Positions 49,704 through 60,800 are shown, counted from the first letter of the stretch. The stretch is DNA of 60,800 nt from Synechococcus sp. (GCA_051439605.1 JBFRWN010000113.1:1-60800); one strand, 5' to 3'. A program made the numbers and translations. The notes: generated from the letters alone by a model not told the origin.

Positions 49704-50726
49704 TTACTTCGCAAACCCCAGCACGCTGCCAAGAGAACGGGCTATATTTTTTGGCGCCATCGCATCTTCTGCGGCAGTGGGCTCGTAACCGCAATGCACC
49801 ATACAGTCAGCGCATTTGGGATTGCCGCTAGACCGACCGTAATTTTCCCATTCGGTATTGTCCATCAACTCCTGGAAGGTTTCGTAATGGCCTTCGTTCA
49901 GAAGGTAGCAAGGCTTTTGCCAACCCAAAACACTGTAGCTAGGGCTGCCCCATGGGGTGCAGTCATATTCTTTCTCACCGGTCAGGAAGTCGAGGAAAAG
50001 AGGGTTGTGATTGAAACTCCACTGAGTCTTGCCCTCTTTAAAGGGAGCAAGGATTTCCCGGAACAGCGCTTTGGTCTCCTCGCGGCGGAGAAAGTGATCT
50101 TGATCGGGGGCCCACTCGTAGCTGTAGCCAGGAGAGACCATCATGCCGTCTACGCCTAAGCCAGAGACGTAGTCGAAGAACTCCTGTACCTCTGCTGGAT
50201 TGGCATCGTTAAACACCGTGGTGTTAGTGGTGACGCGGAATCCCTTGGCTTTGGCTGCTTTAATGGCCGCTATCGCAACGTCAAACACACCATCGCGATC
50301 GACGGCCTTGTCGTGATGTTTGCCAAGACCGTCGAGGTGAACGCTAAAAGTTAGATATTCAGAGGGCTTGAACTTGTGTAGGTTCTTTTCAAGAAGAATT
50401 GCATTGGTGCAAAGGTAAACAAATTTTTTGCGGGCTACCAAGCCTTCCACAATTTCATCCATTTGGGAATGGAGTAGTGGTTCGCCGCCCGGAATAGAGA
50501 CTACTGGGGCTCCACATTCTTCCACTGCAGCAAAGCACTCTTCTGGAGAAAGCTGCTGACGAAGAATTTCATTGGGGTGTTGAATTTTTCCGCAGCCGGG
50601 GCAAGCCAAGTTGCAGCGGAATAGTGGCTCCAACATCAGTACTAAGGGGTATTTCTTGCGACCCTTGAGGTGCTGCGAAACTAAGTATTTGCCGACGGAT
50701 ACCGCCTGCTGAACGTTGATTGCCAT
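49704..50726 (-). CDS. hpnH: Adenosyl-hopene transferase (radical SAM)
   Basis: [28 protein letters not shown] and [11 protein letters not shown]. Confidence 0.95.
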   Translation of the reverse strand: MAINVQQAVSVGKYLVSQHLKGRKKYPLVLMLEPLFRCNLACPGCGKIQHPNEILRQQLSPEECFAAVEECGAPVVSIPGGEPLLHSQMDEIVEGLVARKKFVYLCTNAILLEKNLHKFKPSEYLTFSVHLDGLGKHHDKAVDRDGVFDVAIAAIKAAKAKGFRVTTNTTVFNDANPAEVQEFFDYVSGLGVDGMMVSPGYSYEWAPDQDHFLRREETKALFREILAPFKEGKTQWSFNHNPLFLDFLTGEKEYDCTPWGSPSYSVLGWQKPCYLLNEGHYETFQELMDNTEWENYGRSSGNPKCADCMVHCGYEPTAAEDAMAPKNIARSLGSVLGFAK

Positions 50727-50803
50727 AAGTGTTCACTCCTTCACAAACTTGAGAGGGCGGCTGTTGCTAGCTATGCCCAATTGTTAAGTTTCCGACATCA
50801 TTC

Positions 50804-51790
50804 TTAGACTGTTGCATATCCTCGCTCACAAAACCAATCAACTGCATCAGTTAGTGCGCCTCGGATATCAGATTGAGGTAACTTTAATTCTCTCACTGCT
50901 TTTTCCGATGTGTAGAACATTGGCTCTGCGGACATACGAACGCCATCTATGGGTATTGAAGGCTCCCTGCCAAGTGGAGCCAGTACTTTTTCTTCGAACC
51001 AAGCCACCGTGAGGGGTAGCCACAGCGGTACGGCTGTTTGCGGGGCAGATAGACCTGTGATGTCTGAAAGCAGATCGAGCAGTTGTTTGAGGGAGAAATT
51101 TTGATGGCCAAGGATGTAACGTTCCCCGGATTTTCCTTTCTGTAGTGCCAAAAGATGCCCCATGGCAACATCACGCACATCGATCAAGTTTAATCCAGTT
51201 TCCACATAAGCAGGCATCTGGTGTCGCAGAAAACGCAGGATGATATCTCCAGTGGGGGTTGGCTTAATGTCCCAGGGGCCAATCGGGGTTGAGGGATTAA
51301 CGATGACAACGTCTTGACCATCGCTAGCTGCGTTGAATGCTTCCTGCTCTGCCCAATATTTTGACTGTTTGTAGTAGCCAATGAGCTGTTCTACGGGAGA
51401 TTGATAGGATTCATCCGCGATCGCTCCATGGGGTCTCACTCCGATCGCAGCCACTGAGCTGGTGTAGATGGTACGTTCGATACCTGCTGTCCGCGCAGCT
51501 TGCAATACATTTCGGGTGCCTAGTACATTGTCCCGATGAAGAGCCTCGCGATCTCGCTGCAGTAAAGAATACCGAGCGGCAATGTGAAACACATATCGGC
51601 AACCGTCCATCAGTCGATCCAAGTGGGGATCGTTGAGGTCCCCACGCATGACTTCGATACCTAGCCCTGTAAGGTTATCCAATCGACTAGTTTCTCTGAC
51701 CAGCGCCCGAACTTCGTATCCTTGGTTCAGCAAGAGCCTGACAACGTTGGCTCCCACAAATCCCGTACTACCTGTCACAAATACTTTCAC
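50804..51790 (-). CDS. hpnA: Hopanoid-associated sugar epimerase
   Basis: VTGSTGFVG, YKQSK and NPSTPIGPWDIKPTPTG; adjacent to hpnH. Confidence 0.9.
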   Translation of the reverse strand: MKVFVTGSTGFVGANVVRLLLNQGYEVRALVRETSRLDNLTGLGIEVMRGDLNDPHLDRLMDGCRYVFHIAARYSLLQRDREALHRDNVLGTRNVLQAARTAGIERTIYTSSVAAIGVRPHGAIADESYQSPVEQLIGYYKQSKYWAEQEAFNAASDGQDVVIVNPSTPIGPWDIKPTPTGDIILRFLRHQMPAYVETGLNLIDVRDVAMGHLLALQKGKSGERYILGHQNFSLKQLLDLLSDITGLSAPQTAVPLWLPLTVAWFEEKVLAPLGREPSIPIDGVRMSAEPMFYTSEKAVRELKLPQSDIRGALTDAVDWFCERGYATV

Positions 51791-51929
51791 GATTGAACAA
51801 ACCTCAGTTCCTTGAGGTGGAATGGAAAAAATTGCTAAATCCGCAAATATGACTTGAATTGCAGAGTTTGGCATACTTTTGATAAAGCCACCGATCTAGC
51901 CTTTTCTTAAACTGCTCGAATGAATGCGG

Positions 51930-54734
51930 TCAGCGAACCAGCCCTTTTTTGAAGACCATATTCCAGTCATCAAGCACAGCGTACAGCACTGGAACCACTA
52001 TCAAGCTAAGTGCCGTGGAGGTAATTAATCCCCCGATAATGGCAACTGCCATCGGCGCACGCAATTCTGCACCAGCCCCCAATCCAAATGCAATTGGCAG
52101 CATCCCTAGAATTGTCGAAGCCGTGGTCATCATAATTGGACGCAGCCGAACCGGCCCAGCCTTCAGTAATGCTTCACGACGGCTCAAGTCGTATCTCTGT
52201 CTTAGCTGGTTAGTATAATCCACAATCAAAATGGCATTTTTGTCCAGCAACCCCAGCAGGAATATCGCACCGATTGCGGCAATCATGCCAAAATCACTGC
52301 GGGCTACTATCAAACCGAGAACAGCGCCAACCACCGCCAGAGGCAATGACAGCAGTACCACCATCGGGTCAGTCCAGCGGCGGAAGAGCACTAATAGAAC
52401 CGCGAACATGCAGCCAATGGATAAACCCAAGGTTTGGCCAAAGCTGCCCAGGACGGTAGAAATGGCAGCAGAATCTCCCGTTAAATCGAGGGAGATTGTA
52501 TTGGGAATGAGGGGACGGGCCAGCTTTATCGCCCGATCGGTGGCATCCCCGAGGGCAATACCTGGGCGCAGATTGGCTCGAATAAATGCCGCCCGTTTTC
52601 CGTCTCGGTGTTCAATTTCAGTCAGGCTATCAATGCTCCCCCCCGAACCCGTGATGGTGATATCGGCAAATTCTGACTGTGATATCAATACTTCTCGAAT
52701 TGAGGAGGCTGTTGTGTATAACTCCTCTAGGTCTTCCCCAAATAAGGCTATCTGCAACGGCTTACGATCGCCGGTGTCTACGAATTGAATATCCTCAACG
52801 CCCACAACAACATTAGGCAGCTGAGGTAATTCCTGCCGCAACCGGTCTTGAATAGCGACGGTGTGTTGCTTGCGATTGCCCGCCAATTTCACCCGCAGTT
52901 TGCCCCCGTTGATGGCTCCGCGGTATCCCACCACCGTCAGCACCGAATCCACTTCGGGAAAGGGAACGACGGCTTCCTCAAGGGTTTTGGCCACTTTATG
53001 GGATTGTGTCAATAGAATATCGGGAGGAATGGGAATGACCGCAGCAGAGCGACCATTCTTGGCTGCTTCAACATTTTCCTGATAGGTTTCAACCAAATCG
53101 TTTTCGACTAGGTAGGTGGCAATTTCAGTGGGTAATTCTTCGAACGGGGGTAGGTTGTCGGCTCCAATTTTTCCGGCCCTCTCAGCATCCCCCTCTTCTG
53201 TCAAATGAAATCCGTTTAAGGTGTAGGCGACGTTAAATTCCCCGCGATCGAGCTTGGGGATAAATCCCTGTGGAATCAGGGGCGTCAGTCCTAGCCCCAA
53301 TGCCAAACTACCAACCGCTAATCCCAGCACTAATCCCCGCTGTTTGAGTGCCCACCGCAGCAATTTCTGGTAGGCCAGCATGACACGACGCCAAATGGGT
53401 GCATCCTTTCGATTTTTGTGAGTGGGCTTTAGCCACCATATGGACAGTACGGGCACCAATGTACGGGCAGCGAGTAATGAAGTGAGGACGGCGGTGGAAA
53501 CCACCAACCCAAAGGGTTTGAAAAACTGACCCAGAATCCCCCCCATAAAGGCGATGGGCAAAAAAACCGCCACAATGGTCAACGTAGCTGCCGATACCGT
53601 CAAGCCAATCTCCGATGTGGCCGCGATCGCTGCACGGGTTGGGGAAAATCCCTGCTCCAAATACCGACTAATATTTTCAACTTCCACAATGGCGTCATCC
53701 ACCACGATGCCAATAGCTAGCGCTAAGGCTAACAAGGTAATGGTTTCTAAGTTAAAGCCGAAGGCTGCCATGACCAGAAAGGCCCCCATCAAAGAAAGGG
53801 GGATTGTGACTGCTGCAATCACAGTGGCACGCCAGTTTCTCAAAAATGCCACAATGGCCACAATGGCCAAAACGATTGCGAACCCCAGAGATTCCACAGT
53901 GGCTTGGGTGGCCTCCCGTATGAAGTCTGCCTGAGTAGCCGCAAGCGTCACCTGTACGTTTGGCAAATCACCCTGAAGCTGCGCAACCTTGTCCTGAACT
54001 CGCTGCACAACATCAAGGGTATTGGCACCACTTTCTTTAATTGCTTGGATTGCCAGCGCTTCAGAACCGTTGAAGCTCACCAACGTAGGTGATTTGTTGC
54101 TAGCCGTAAATGGAGGAATGGGTTCCGAGCCAGGGTCGCTGCCCCCTAGCAGTTCCATTCGCAGTATCCCCGGTATCTGCTCCAGTTCGGGCAACATCTC
54201 CTGCTGGACAACAGACGTCAATTCACCCAGGGAATACGTGTCGCTATATAAGGCGTAGCTAATTGCTGCTGATTCGTTCAGATTGACAGGGATAACTTTT
54301 GCTTCTACCTCTGTCGGCAAGTACCCTTCCTGTTGCAGGTCTGCGATTAATTCCTCAACGGTGTGCTCCGCCTCGGACAAATCCGTCCCAATGGCAAACT
54401 CTGCGGCGATTGCAGTCTGACGAGGGTAAATATATGAATGAAGATTTTCCAGATTCTGCAGCGATTGCAGGCGCTGCTCAATGGGATCGGCAATCACCAA
54501 TTCCATCTGTAGTGCAGTGTCGTAGGGGGCAGAGGCATTAACTACCACCACCGGAAACGTGACATCCGGAAACAGGGCATACCGCAATGAAAGGAAGGCG
54601 CAGGCTCCAACGATGGCCATTGCCAGCCAGGCTGAAGCAGTCAACCAAGGATGCAAAATTGCCCAGCGGGAAATGTTAAATCGCTTTTGCAACTTTTTGA
54701 GGGCATGGGTGGTGGATGGGGGCAGGAAGGCCAT
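51930..54734 (-). CDS. RND transporter permease (AcrB/HAE1-like, compact)
   Basis: LFPDVTFPVV, GIVVDDAIVEVENI, KNAILIVD and RLRPIMMT. Confidence 0.92.
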   Translation of the reverse strand: MAFLPPSTTHALKKLQKRFNISRWAILHPWLTASAWLAMAIVGACAFLSLRYALFPDVTFPVVVVNASAPYDTALQMELVIADPIEQRLQSLQNLENLHSYIYPRQTAIAAEFAIGTDLSEAEHTVEELIADLQQEGYLPTEVEAKVIPVNLNESAAISYALYSDTYSLGELTSVVQQEMLPELEQIPGILRMELLGGSDPGSEPIPPFTASNKSPTLVSFNGSEALAIQAIKESGANTLDVVQRVQDKVAQLQGDLPNVQVTLAATQADFIREATQATVESLGFAIVLAIVAIVAFLRNWRATVIAAVTIPLSLMGAFLVMAAFGFNLETITLLALALAIGIVVDDAIVEVENISRYLEQGFSPTRAAIAATSEIGLTVSAATLTIVAVFLPIAFMGGILGQFFKPFGLVVSTAVLTSLLAARTLVPVLSIWWLKPTHKNRKDAPIWRRVMLAYQKLLRWALKQRGLVLGLAVGSLALGLGLTPLIPQGFIPKLDRGEFNVAYTLNGFHLTEEGDAERAGKIGADNLPPFEELPTEIATYLVENDLVETYQENVEAAKNGRSAAVIPIPPDILLTQSHKVAKTLEEAVVPFPEVDSVLTVVGYRGAINGGKLRVKLAGNRKQHTVAIQDRLRQELPQLPNVVVGVEDIQFVDTGDRKPLQIALFGEDLEELYTTASSIREVLISQSEFADITITGSGGSIDSLTEIEHRDGKRAAFIRANLRPGIALGDATDRAIKLARPLIPNTISLDLTGDSAAISTVLGSFGQTLGLSIGCMFAVLLVLFRRWTDPMVVLLSLPLAVVGAVLGLIVARSDFGMIAAIGAIFLLGLLDKNAILIVDYTNQLRQRYDLSRREALLKAGPVRLRPIMMTTASTILGMLPIAFGLGAGAELRAPMAVAIIGGLITSTALSLIVVPVLYAVLDDWNMVFKKGLVR

Positions 54735-55142
54735 AAAACCAATGGTGGGGGGCTCAAAGGTCTGTTGATTGTAGCGAGTGATGATTCGGACTACGACGCA
54801 AACAACAGCAGATTGCATCGCAGGTTATGGCATCATGCAGTGCGATTTCTAGGTTGAATTCGCAATGGAAAGGGGATAGCGGTAGCGTAGGCAGCATGCA
54901 CGGTTAATTTCTGTTCGCCAATCCAGAAATTCTTGTCCCTATCAAGAGGAAAGCTAGAGCTGGTTCAAGTGAGAATGGGTAAATCTGGAAATGTATTACC
55001 TAGAAAATTGTTTCCCGGTAAAATGTCACCCAGTCAAAACCCTGAAATTGCCTATTGCAGAACACGCATCAGTGTTCCCATCTAAACAGGAAGATATGCC
55101 TAGTAATGTCACGTAGATAGCAAGAACAACAGTTTGCGACTC

Positions 55143-55916
55143 ATGAAACAAAACTGCCCTATCGATGTTGTCTTGGTTCCAAAAGGGGCTGAGTACGCCG
55201 CTGTCTGTAGAGGTTTTAGGCAGGTCCACTCCCCGTCACCCCCTGTCCCGATCGCTATACCTATCGGTCCTCTGGCTGTTACCCAGTTCCTGGGCCAGTT
55301 GGAATTCCCCCCATCTCCTCCAAACAGACCTCTGCATATTGTGGTGATGGGCTTATGCGGCGCTCTTTCACCGGAATTCAGAATCGGTCAACGGGTGATG
55401 CCCTACACCTGCATCAGTCATCTCCGCCAATTGCCAACTGTTTCTATTCCCGAACAGCAGGTCTTCTCTCTTTCTTTCTGGCAACAAATTGGTCAGCAGC
55501 TTGAACTTCTTACTGGAAAATCCTCCCAAACTGGTACTTCTCCAGTCCTGCTTAGCAGCGATCGTGTTGTGTGTTTGGCAGATGAAAAACAAACACTTGG
55601 TCGTTCCACTTCGGCAGATATCGTCGATATGGAGGGAGCAGCAATCTTAGCAGCCCTCAGAGATCGCAACGTTTCTGTTGTCATGCTGAGAGTCGTCAGC
55701 GACAACTGTTACGCTGATTTACCCGATCTAAATCGTGCGATTCAAGCCAATGGGAATCTTTCAGGCTTCAATCTGACAGTTGAAATGCTGCGGCATCCAA
55801 AGAGGGCAGCGAGACTCATCCGAGATTCGCTAAAATCGCTGCGGGAACTAGAACGTCTTGCCAAAGATCTCGCGTTAATTCATGGATCTCCCAAAGCATC
55901 GAGAGATAGATCGTAG
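55143..55916 (+). CDS. Nucleoside phosphorylase-fold protein (HpnG-like)
   Basis: MGLCGAL, VDMEG and LRVVSD..LP; hopanoid gene context. Confidence 0.7.
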   Translation: MKQNCPIDVVLVPKGAEYAAVCRGFRQVHSPSPPVPIAIPIGPLAVTQFLGQLEFPPSPPNRPLHIVVMGLCGALSPEFRIGQRVMPYTCISHLRQLPTVSIPEQQVFSLSFWQQIGQQLELLTGKSSQTGTSPVLLSSDRVVCLADEKQTLGRSTSADIVDMEGAAILAALRDRNVSVVMLRVVSDNCYADLPDLNRAIQANGNLSGFNLTVEMLRHPKRAARLIRDSLKSLRELERLAKDLALIHGSPKASRDRS

Positions 55917-56169
55917 TCAATGTTGTACTTGAGTACGGTTCTCAGGATTAAATAACAACAGACCAAAAGGCGAGGAAAAAGCTGTTCCAAAAAATACGAA
56001 CAGGAACGGACTTTCTTCTATTATGAGTACATGCTTACACAAAATTTCAGGCAAAGTTTGTCCTTCACAGTAGTTCTGAGAGTAATGTTATTGCCGTGAC
56101 GGATGATTTGTTCTTTCGTTGATTGTATTACTACGGTGGCTGCCTAGTACTCTCACCCTACAGGAGCTT

Positions 56170-57138
56170 ATGAGTTATAGCGTTCGGCAGATACTCGTCA
56201 CCGGTGGTGCCGGCTTCATCGGTTCTCACCTGATTGACCGATTAATGGCACGTGGTGACGAAGTCATTTGTCTAGATAACTACTACACGGGCTCGAAACA
56301 AAACGTTCTCAAGTGGCTCGGCCATCCTCGGTTTGAACTGATTCGCCATGACATTACCGAGCCCATTCGGCTAGAGACCGATCAAATCTATCATCTAGCC
56401 TGTCCAGCATCTCCTATTCACTACCAGAATAATCCCGTCAAAACGATTAAAACCAATGTGATGGGTACATTAAACATGTTGGGACTGGCCAAGCGAGTTA
56501 AGGCACGCTTTTTACTGGCTTCTAGTTCTGAGGTCTATGGCGATCCTGACGTTCATCCCCAGACAGAAAGCTATCGTGGCAATGTCAATACCATTGGTAT
56601 TCGCAGTTGCTATGACGAAGGCAAACGTGTGGCTGAAACTCTTGCATTTGATTATCATCGCCAAAATAATGTCGAGATTCGGGTGGCTCGCATCTTTAAT
56701 ACATACGGACCTCGCATGTTAGAGAGCGATGGTCGAGTAATGAGCAACTTTGCCGTTCAAGCATTAAAGGGTTTGCCGTTGACAGTTTACGGAGACGGTT
56801 CCCAGACCCGCAGCTTTTGCTATGTCACCGATCTGGTCGATGGACTGATTCGGCTAATGGACGGGGACTTTATGGGGCCTGTCAATCTTGGTAACCCGAC
56901 TGAGTACACCATCTTAGAGTTGGCGAAAACGATTCAAGAATTGGTTGATTCATCCATCGATCTGCAGCATAAGCCTTTGCCACAAGACGATCCCCGCCGA
57001 CGTCGACCCGATATTAGCTTGGCGAGGGAAAAGCTGGGTTGGGTGCCAACGGTGACATTACAAGAGGGGTTGAAGGTGCTTCTTGATGATTTTGGAGAGC
57101 GATTGGGCATTTTCTCTCAGTTAAAGGTTCCCACCTGA
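56170..57138 (+). CDS. UDP-glucuronate decarboxylase (UDP-xylose synthase) family
   Basis: [29 protein letters not shown] and [10 protein letters not shown]. Confidence 0.93.
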   Translation: MSYSVRQILVTGGAGFIGSHLIDRLMARGDEVICLDNYYTGSKQNVLKWLGHPRFELIRHDITEPIRLETDQIYHLACPASPIHYQNNPVKTIKTNVMGTLNMLGLAKRVKARFLLASSSEVYGDPDVHPQTESYRGNVNTIGIRSCYDEGKRVAETLAFDYHRQNNVEIRVARIFNTYGPRMLESDGRVMSNFAVQALKGLPLTVYGDGSQTRSFCYVTDLVDGLIRLMDGDFMGPVNLGNPTEYTILELAKTIQELVDSSIDLQHKPLPQDDPRRRRPDISLAREKLGWVPTVTLQEGLKVLLDDFGERLGIFSQLKVPT

Positions 57139-57281
57139 TACGGGAAGAACGGGAACCGATCCGTGAATTGCCCGTTGTTGAACTATCGTCGCCCTGTTAT
57201 CCTGCTCAACTAACTGTTATGTATGCCCATGAGTTTTGAAAGCTGACGACTGAAGCAACTAGTTAACAAGGAGACTATGCA

Positions 57282-58676
57282 ATGCAAGTATGTGTTATCG
57301 GGACTGGGTACGTCGGCTTGGTGACGGGTGTCTGTTTAGCCCACATCGGCCACGAGGTCATTTGTGTCGACAACAACGAAGCTAAAGTTAAGGTCATGCA
57401 GTCGGGGAAATCCCCGATTTACGAGCCTGGCCTCTCCGAGTTAATGACTGAGGCGATCGCAAACAAGCGCATACAGTTCACCACCGATCTGGAATTCGGA
57501 GTTAAGCAAAGCAGCATCTTATTTATCGCTGTAGGTACTCCTCCCCTCCCCTCTGGCGAAAGCGATACACGCTATGTAGAAGCGGTTGCTCGCGGGATTG
57601 GCTCCCACCTCACTCCTAGCGACTTTAAGGTCATTGTGAACAAATCGACTGTGCCGATTGGATCTGGTGACTGGGTACGTATGCTAGTCCTAGACGGTAT
57701 GGCAGAAAATCAGCCAGCATTGGTTGGGGTTGGTGGATGGGGCTCGACGGTTCTAGAGAGCCTGCCTGCGCCCAAATTTGAGGTGGTGAGTAACCCCGAA
57801 TTTTTGCGTGAGGGGTCTGCTATTTTCGACACTTTGAATCCGGATCGAATTGTGCTGGGGGGCAACAGCCAAGAGGCCATTGCCTTGATGCAGGAACTCT
57901 ATGCTCCCATCGTCGATCGCAGCTATGCAATGGATAAATCTCTGCCAGAGGTACCCGTAGTTGTAACTGACCTCAACTCAGCTGAAATGGTGAAGTATGC
58001 TTCAAATGCTTTCTTGGCCACCAAAATTAGCTTTGTCAACGAAATTGCTAATATTTGCGATCGTGTAGGGGCCGATATTGTTGAAGTGGCGAAAGGCATT
58101 GGCTTAGACTCCCGGATTGGTACGAAGTTCCTGCAAGCGGGTCTGGGGTGGGGGGGCTCGTGTTTCCCGAAAGATGTGGCAGCTCTGATTCACACGGGGG
58201 CTGATTACGGTTACGACACTCAGATGCTTAAGGCAACCGTCAGTGTTAACCAGTACCAACGCCAGCAGGTGATTGAGAAACTTCAACACCAGCTGAAGAT
58301 TCTGAAGGGAAAAACCATAGGCCTACTAGGTTTAACCTTTAAGCCCAATACCGATGATATGCGGGATGCTCCTTCCCTTACCTTGATTGAAAAGTTGAAC
58401 CGCTTGGGTGCCAAAGTGAAGGCATTTGACCCCATTCTGTCCCAGTCAGGTTCCAGCCACGGCTTAACAGGAGTTGCCATCGAGTCGGATGTTGAGCGGC
58501 TGGTGGAAGGCTGCGATGCCTTGGTGCTGGTCACCGACTGGCAGGAACTCCTAGCTTTGGATTACTCAAAGCTGGCTAAATTAATGATCAATCCCACGAT
58601 TGTAGATGGTCGTAACGTGCTGGACAGCGTAAAGCTCAAAGAGGCGGGATTTACCTATATCGGAATCGGTCACTAA
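57282..58676 (+). CDS. ugd: UDP-glucose 6-dehydrogenase
   Basis: GTGYVG, KSTVP, NPEFLREG, GGSCFPKD and FKPNTDDMR. Confidence 0.94.
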   Translation: MQVCVIGTGYVGLVTGVCLAHIGHEVICVDNNEAKVKVMQSGKSPIYEPGLSELMTEAIANKRIQFTTDLEFGVKQSSILFIAVGTPPLPSGESDTRYVEAVARGIGSHLTPSDFKVIVNKSTVPIGSGDWVRMLVLDGMAENQPALVGVGGWGSTVLESLPAPKFEVVSNPEFLREGSAIFDTLNPDRIVLGGNSQEAIALMQELYAPIVDRSYAMDKSLPEVPVVVTDLNSAEMVKYASNAFLATKISFVNEIANICDRVGADIVEVAKGIGLDSRIGTKFLQAGLGWGGSCFPKDVAALIHTGADYGYDTQMLKATVSVNQYQRQQVIEKLQHQLKILKGKTIGLLGLTFKPNTDDMRDAPSLTLIEKLNRLGAKVKAFDPILSQSGSSHGLTGVAIESDVERLVEGCDALVLVTDWQELLALDYSKLAKLMINPTIVDGRNVLDSVKLKEAGFTYIGIGH

Positions 58677-58715
58677 TTCGGTAACTTAGCGGGGTCATCC
58701 GTTCGTTCTACCTTT

Positions 58716-60215
58716 GTGTTACCAGCACATTCACAACCAACCGAGGATACAGCACGGGGCGGAGGTGTCGGCAAGCGACCTTCCGCTTCTGTTCTAGCGA
58801 CGCTAGAGCAATACTGGGGCTTCAAGCAGTTGCGTTCCCCTCAAGCGGAGGTAATTGATGCGCTGTTGAGGGGATGCGATGCAGTGATTGTGCTACCCAC
58901 AGGCTATGGCAAATCCCTCTGTTTTCAACTGCCAGCAGTGCTGCAAGGGGGAACTACGCTGGTGATTTCTCCTCTCATTGCCTTGATGGAGGATCAGGTC
59001 CGTAGTCTAGAAAAACGGGGGCTGGCAGCTGCCGCATTACACGGTCAGATGAGCCGACATCACAAGCGCAAAACCTTGCTGAGGCTATCGCAAGGATGTC
59101 TGCGATTGCTGTATCTTTCTCCCGAAACCCTTGTCAGTCCACAGGTGTGGTCCGCCTTGCAGTGCTCAACGGTCCTCATTCGAGGCGCGATTGTGGACGA
59201 GGCCCATACTGTAGCGGATTGGGGAGCGAGCTTTCGGCCAACCTACATGCGGTTGGGGGGGATACGGAGAGGCTTACAGCAAACATTTCCAATCGCAGCT
59301 TTTACTGCAACTGCAAATCCGGAAACTCAAAGGCTCATAGAGGATGTTTTGGAGTTGCGGCATCCCTTAACGATTCGGGTGAGTCCGCGAAGATCTCACA
59401 TCAACCTCCACGTACGGGTGGCTTGGACGCCTGCAGGTCGAAGGCGGCAATTGCTGTCGTTTGTGCGAAAACACAGTTCAAGTTCAGGGCTGATTTATGC
59501 CCGAACGAGAAACAGCTGCCGAGAACTTGTGGAGTACCTAAGGGAACAAGGCTTCGGTGCAGCTGCTTACCATGGAGGAATCGGACCAGAACAGCGCCAG
59601 CAACTTGAGCAGGAGTGGAAATCGCAGCAAAGAAAATTTCTAATTTGTACTAACGCGTTTGGGATGGGGATCGACCTTCCCCAGGTGAGATGGGTGGCCC
59701 ATTTCCAGGCACCTCCCTCAGTCTCCGATTACGTTCAAGAAATTGGTCGAGCGGGCAGAGATGGCGACACAGCTGAAGCACTTACCCTCGTCTCTGAACC
59801 AACAGGACTATTGGACGCTAGCGATAGTCAGTTGCGCGATTATCTTCGGCAGCAGCAGAAAAATGTACGCCAACGTGCGCACAAACTTCTAAAGGTTTTG
59901 CCGCGACAAGGGAGCTACGAGGACATTATTCAGACCTATGGACACGATTCGGCTATCGCTCTGGCGTTGTTGAGGGCAGAACGATGCCTGGTTTGGGACG
60001 ATCCATTTCGATTTCGCATAGCGAGTCGTACGCTCGTCAAAGCACCGACCCCCTATAGATCGGGAAAAGCGACATCAAGCCAATACAAATCTATCGAACA
60101 GCTGCTGTATGGCAAGCAATGTCGATGGCAAGGAATTGAGCGTGCATTAGGATTTCTCCCCTCATCCCCGTGCGGAACCTGCGATAACTGCAAAGGTATG
60201 CGCAAGATTGTGTAA
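58716..60215 (+). CDS. recQ: RecQ-family DNA helicase (short form, no HRDC)
   Basis: PTGYGKSLCFQ, DEAH, TATA, QEIGRAGRDG and a C-terminal Zn motif. Confidence 0.9.
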   Translation: MLPAHSQPTEDTARGGGVGKRPSASVLATLEQYWGFKQLRSPQAEVIDALLRGCDAVIVLPTGYGKSLCFQLPAVLQGGTTLVISPLIALMEDQVRSLEKRGLAAAALHGQMSRHHKRKTLLRLSQGCLRLLYLSPETLVSPQVWSALQCSTVLIRGAIVDEAHTVADWGASFRPTYMRLGGIRRGLQQTFPIAAFTATANPETQRLIEDVLELRHPLTIRVSPRRSHINLHVRVAWTPAGRRRQLLSFVRKHSSSSGLIYARTRNSCRELVEYLREQGFGAAAYHGGIGPEQRQQLEQEWKSQQRKFLICTNAFGMGIDLPQVRWVAHFQAPPSVSDYVQEIGRAGRDGDTAEALTLVSEPTGLLDASDSQLRDYLRQQQKNVRQRAHKLLKVLPRQGSYEDIIQTYGHDSAIALALLRAERCLVWDDPFRFRIASRTLVKAPTPYRSGKATSSQYKSIEQLLYGKQCRWQGIERALGFLPSSPCGTCDNCKGMRKIV

Positions 60216-60350
60216 GGGACTGATTTTGGGGAGCATGTCTCTATGGTGCACAAAATTCAAGGATACGTAGACCTAAGCAGCCCTTCTGCTCTGAGTGGAG
60301 CTAGCAACATAGATTGTTGTTAGCACTAGAGGCTTTGAGGTTCAGACGTC

Positions 60351-60494
60351 TTAGTCGAGATAGCCCATTAATTCATCGGAGTTATCAATTTCATTGCTAG
60401 CAATTGGGCGACCGTAGAAGACCCTGGTTTCCTGATTGTTGGTGCCTTGCTCATCAGCAATCAGAGTCTTAGCAATAGCATTTTCTGTCGTCAT
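60351..60494 (-). CDS. Small hypothetical protein ending RPIASNEID...LMGYLD
   Basis: 47-aa ORF from ATG 60494; the C-terminal motif resembles cyanobacterial hypotheticals as I recall them, unverified. Confidence 0.45.
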   Translation of the reverse strand: MTTENAIAKTLIADEQGTNNQETRVFYGRPIASNEIDNSDELMGYLD

Positions 60495-60800
60495 CGCAGT
60501 ATTCCAAAGGGAGTTGGACAGCCAGCAACGAAACACTAGCAAATGTATGCAGGTTGGTTACTTGCCTTTAAACCGCATTGTAGGCTGTTGCATTGCAATT
60601 GCTCATGCGATCGCTTTATGACTGAGATAAGCTTCGGCAATCGAAGTGACTATTCCATGGTGACTGCCACGTTAGTAATACCAAATCCGGATCACCTTAA
60701 CCCCGAAACAAAACATCCAACCACTTAGCTACTGGTTTTTTGCAATGGAGAGAATCTGGGCTTGAAAAATGGTTTAGGGGGTAATCATGCAGGATTTGGT

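Larger units (their letters stand above)
268..60615. repeat. Dispersed HIP1 octamer GCGATCGC
   Basis: Many copies throughout, e.g. 268-275, 554-561 and 1310-1317; not counted. Confidence 0.9.

Noticed and set aside
52231..52788. 185-aa plus-strand ORF and neighbouring short ORFs
   Set aside because: Antisense shadows of the RND gene.
1..60800. CRISPR arrays, tRNA/rRNA genes, transposases, integrases and prophage genes
   Set aside because: None recognised by eye; small structured RNAs could have been missed without covariance-model searches.

Overview
Chromosomal window of a beta-cyanobacterium, shown by frequent HIP1 GCGATCGC and beta-carboxysome genes. Most of it (about 9.2-60.8 kb) is recognisable core content: cupB-ndhD4-ndhF4 divergent from ccmK2-K1-L-M-N-O, ftsH3, a LabA-family gene, metG, cugP, aar/ado, gatB, mtnN, ndhN-ldpA-ycf45, an ABC-2 exporter, a cruE/cruH-like carotenoid pair, an HtrA protease, rpsD, a LysR regulator, hopanoid genes (hpnH, hpnA, hpnG-like) around an RND transporter, UDP-glucuronate decarboxylase, ugd and recQ. 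The best candidate for an undescribed system is the accessory cluster at 0.2-9.1 kb, which probably continues left of the window. Several of its enzymes keep a familiar fold but have replaced catalytic residues. The nitrilase has Glu-Arg-Ser instead of Glu-Lys-Cys, both alpha/beta-hydrolases lack the nucleophile Ser and catalytic His, the DUF849 enzyme lacks the conserved Arg/Glu, and the Rid protein lacks the catalytic Arg. It may be a catabolic pathway for an N-heterocyclic substrate, possibly tetrapyrrole/bilin breakdown products; this is a hypothesis. All family calls come from motif recognition by eye, with no database searches. I saw no tRNA, rRNA, CRISPR array or transposase.
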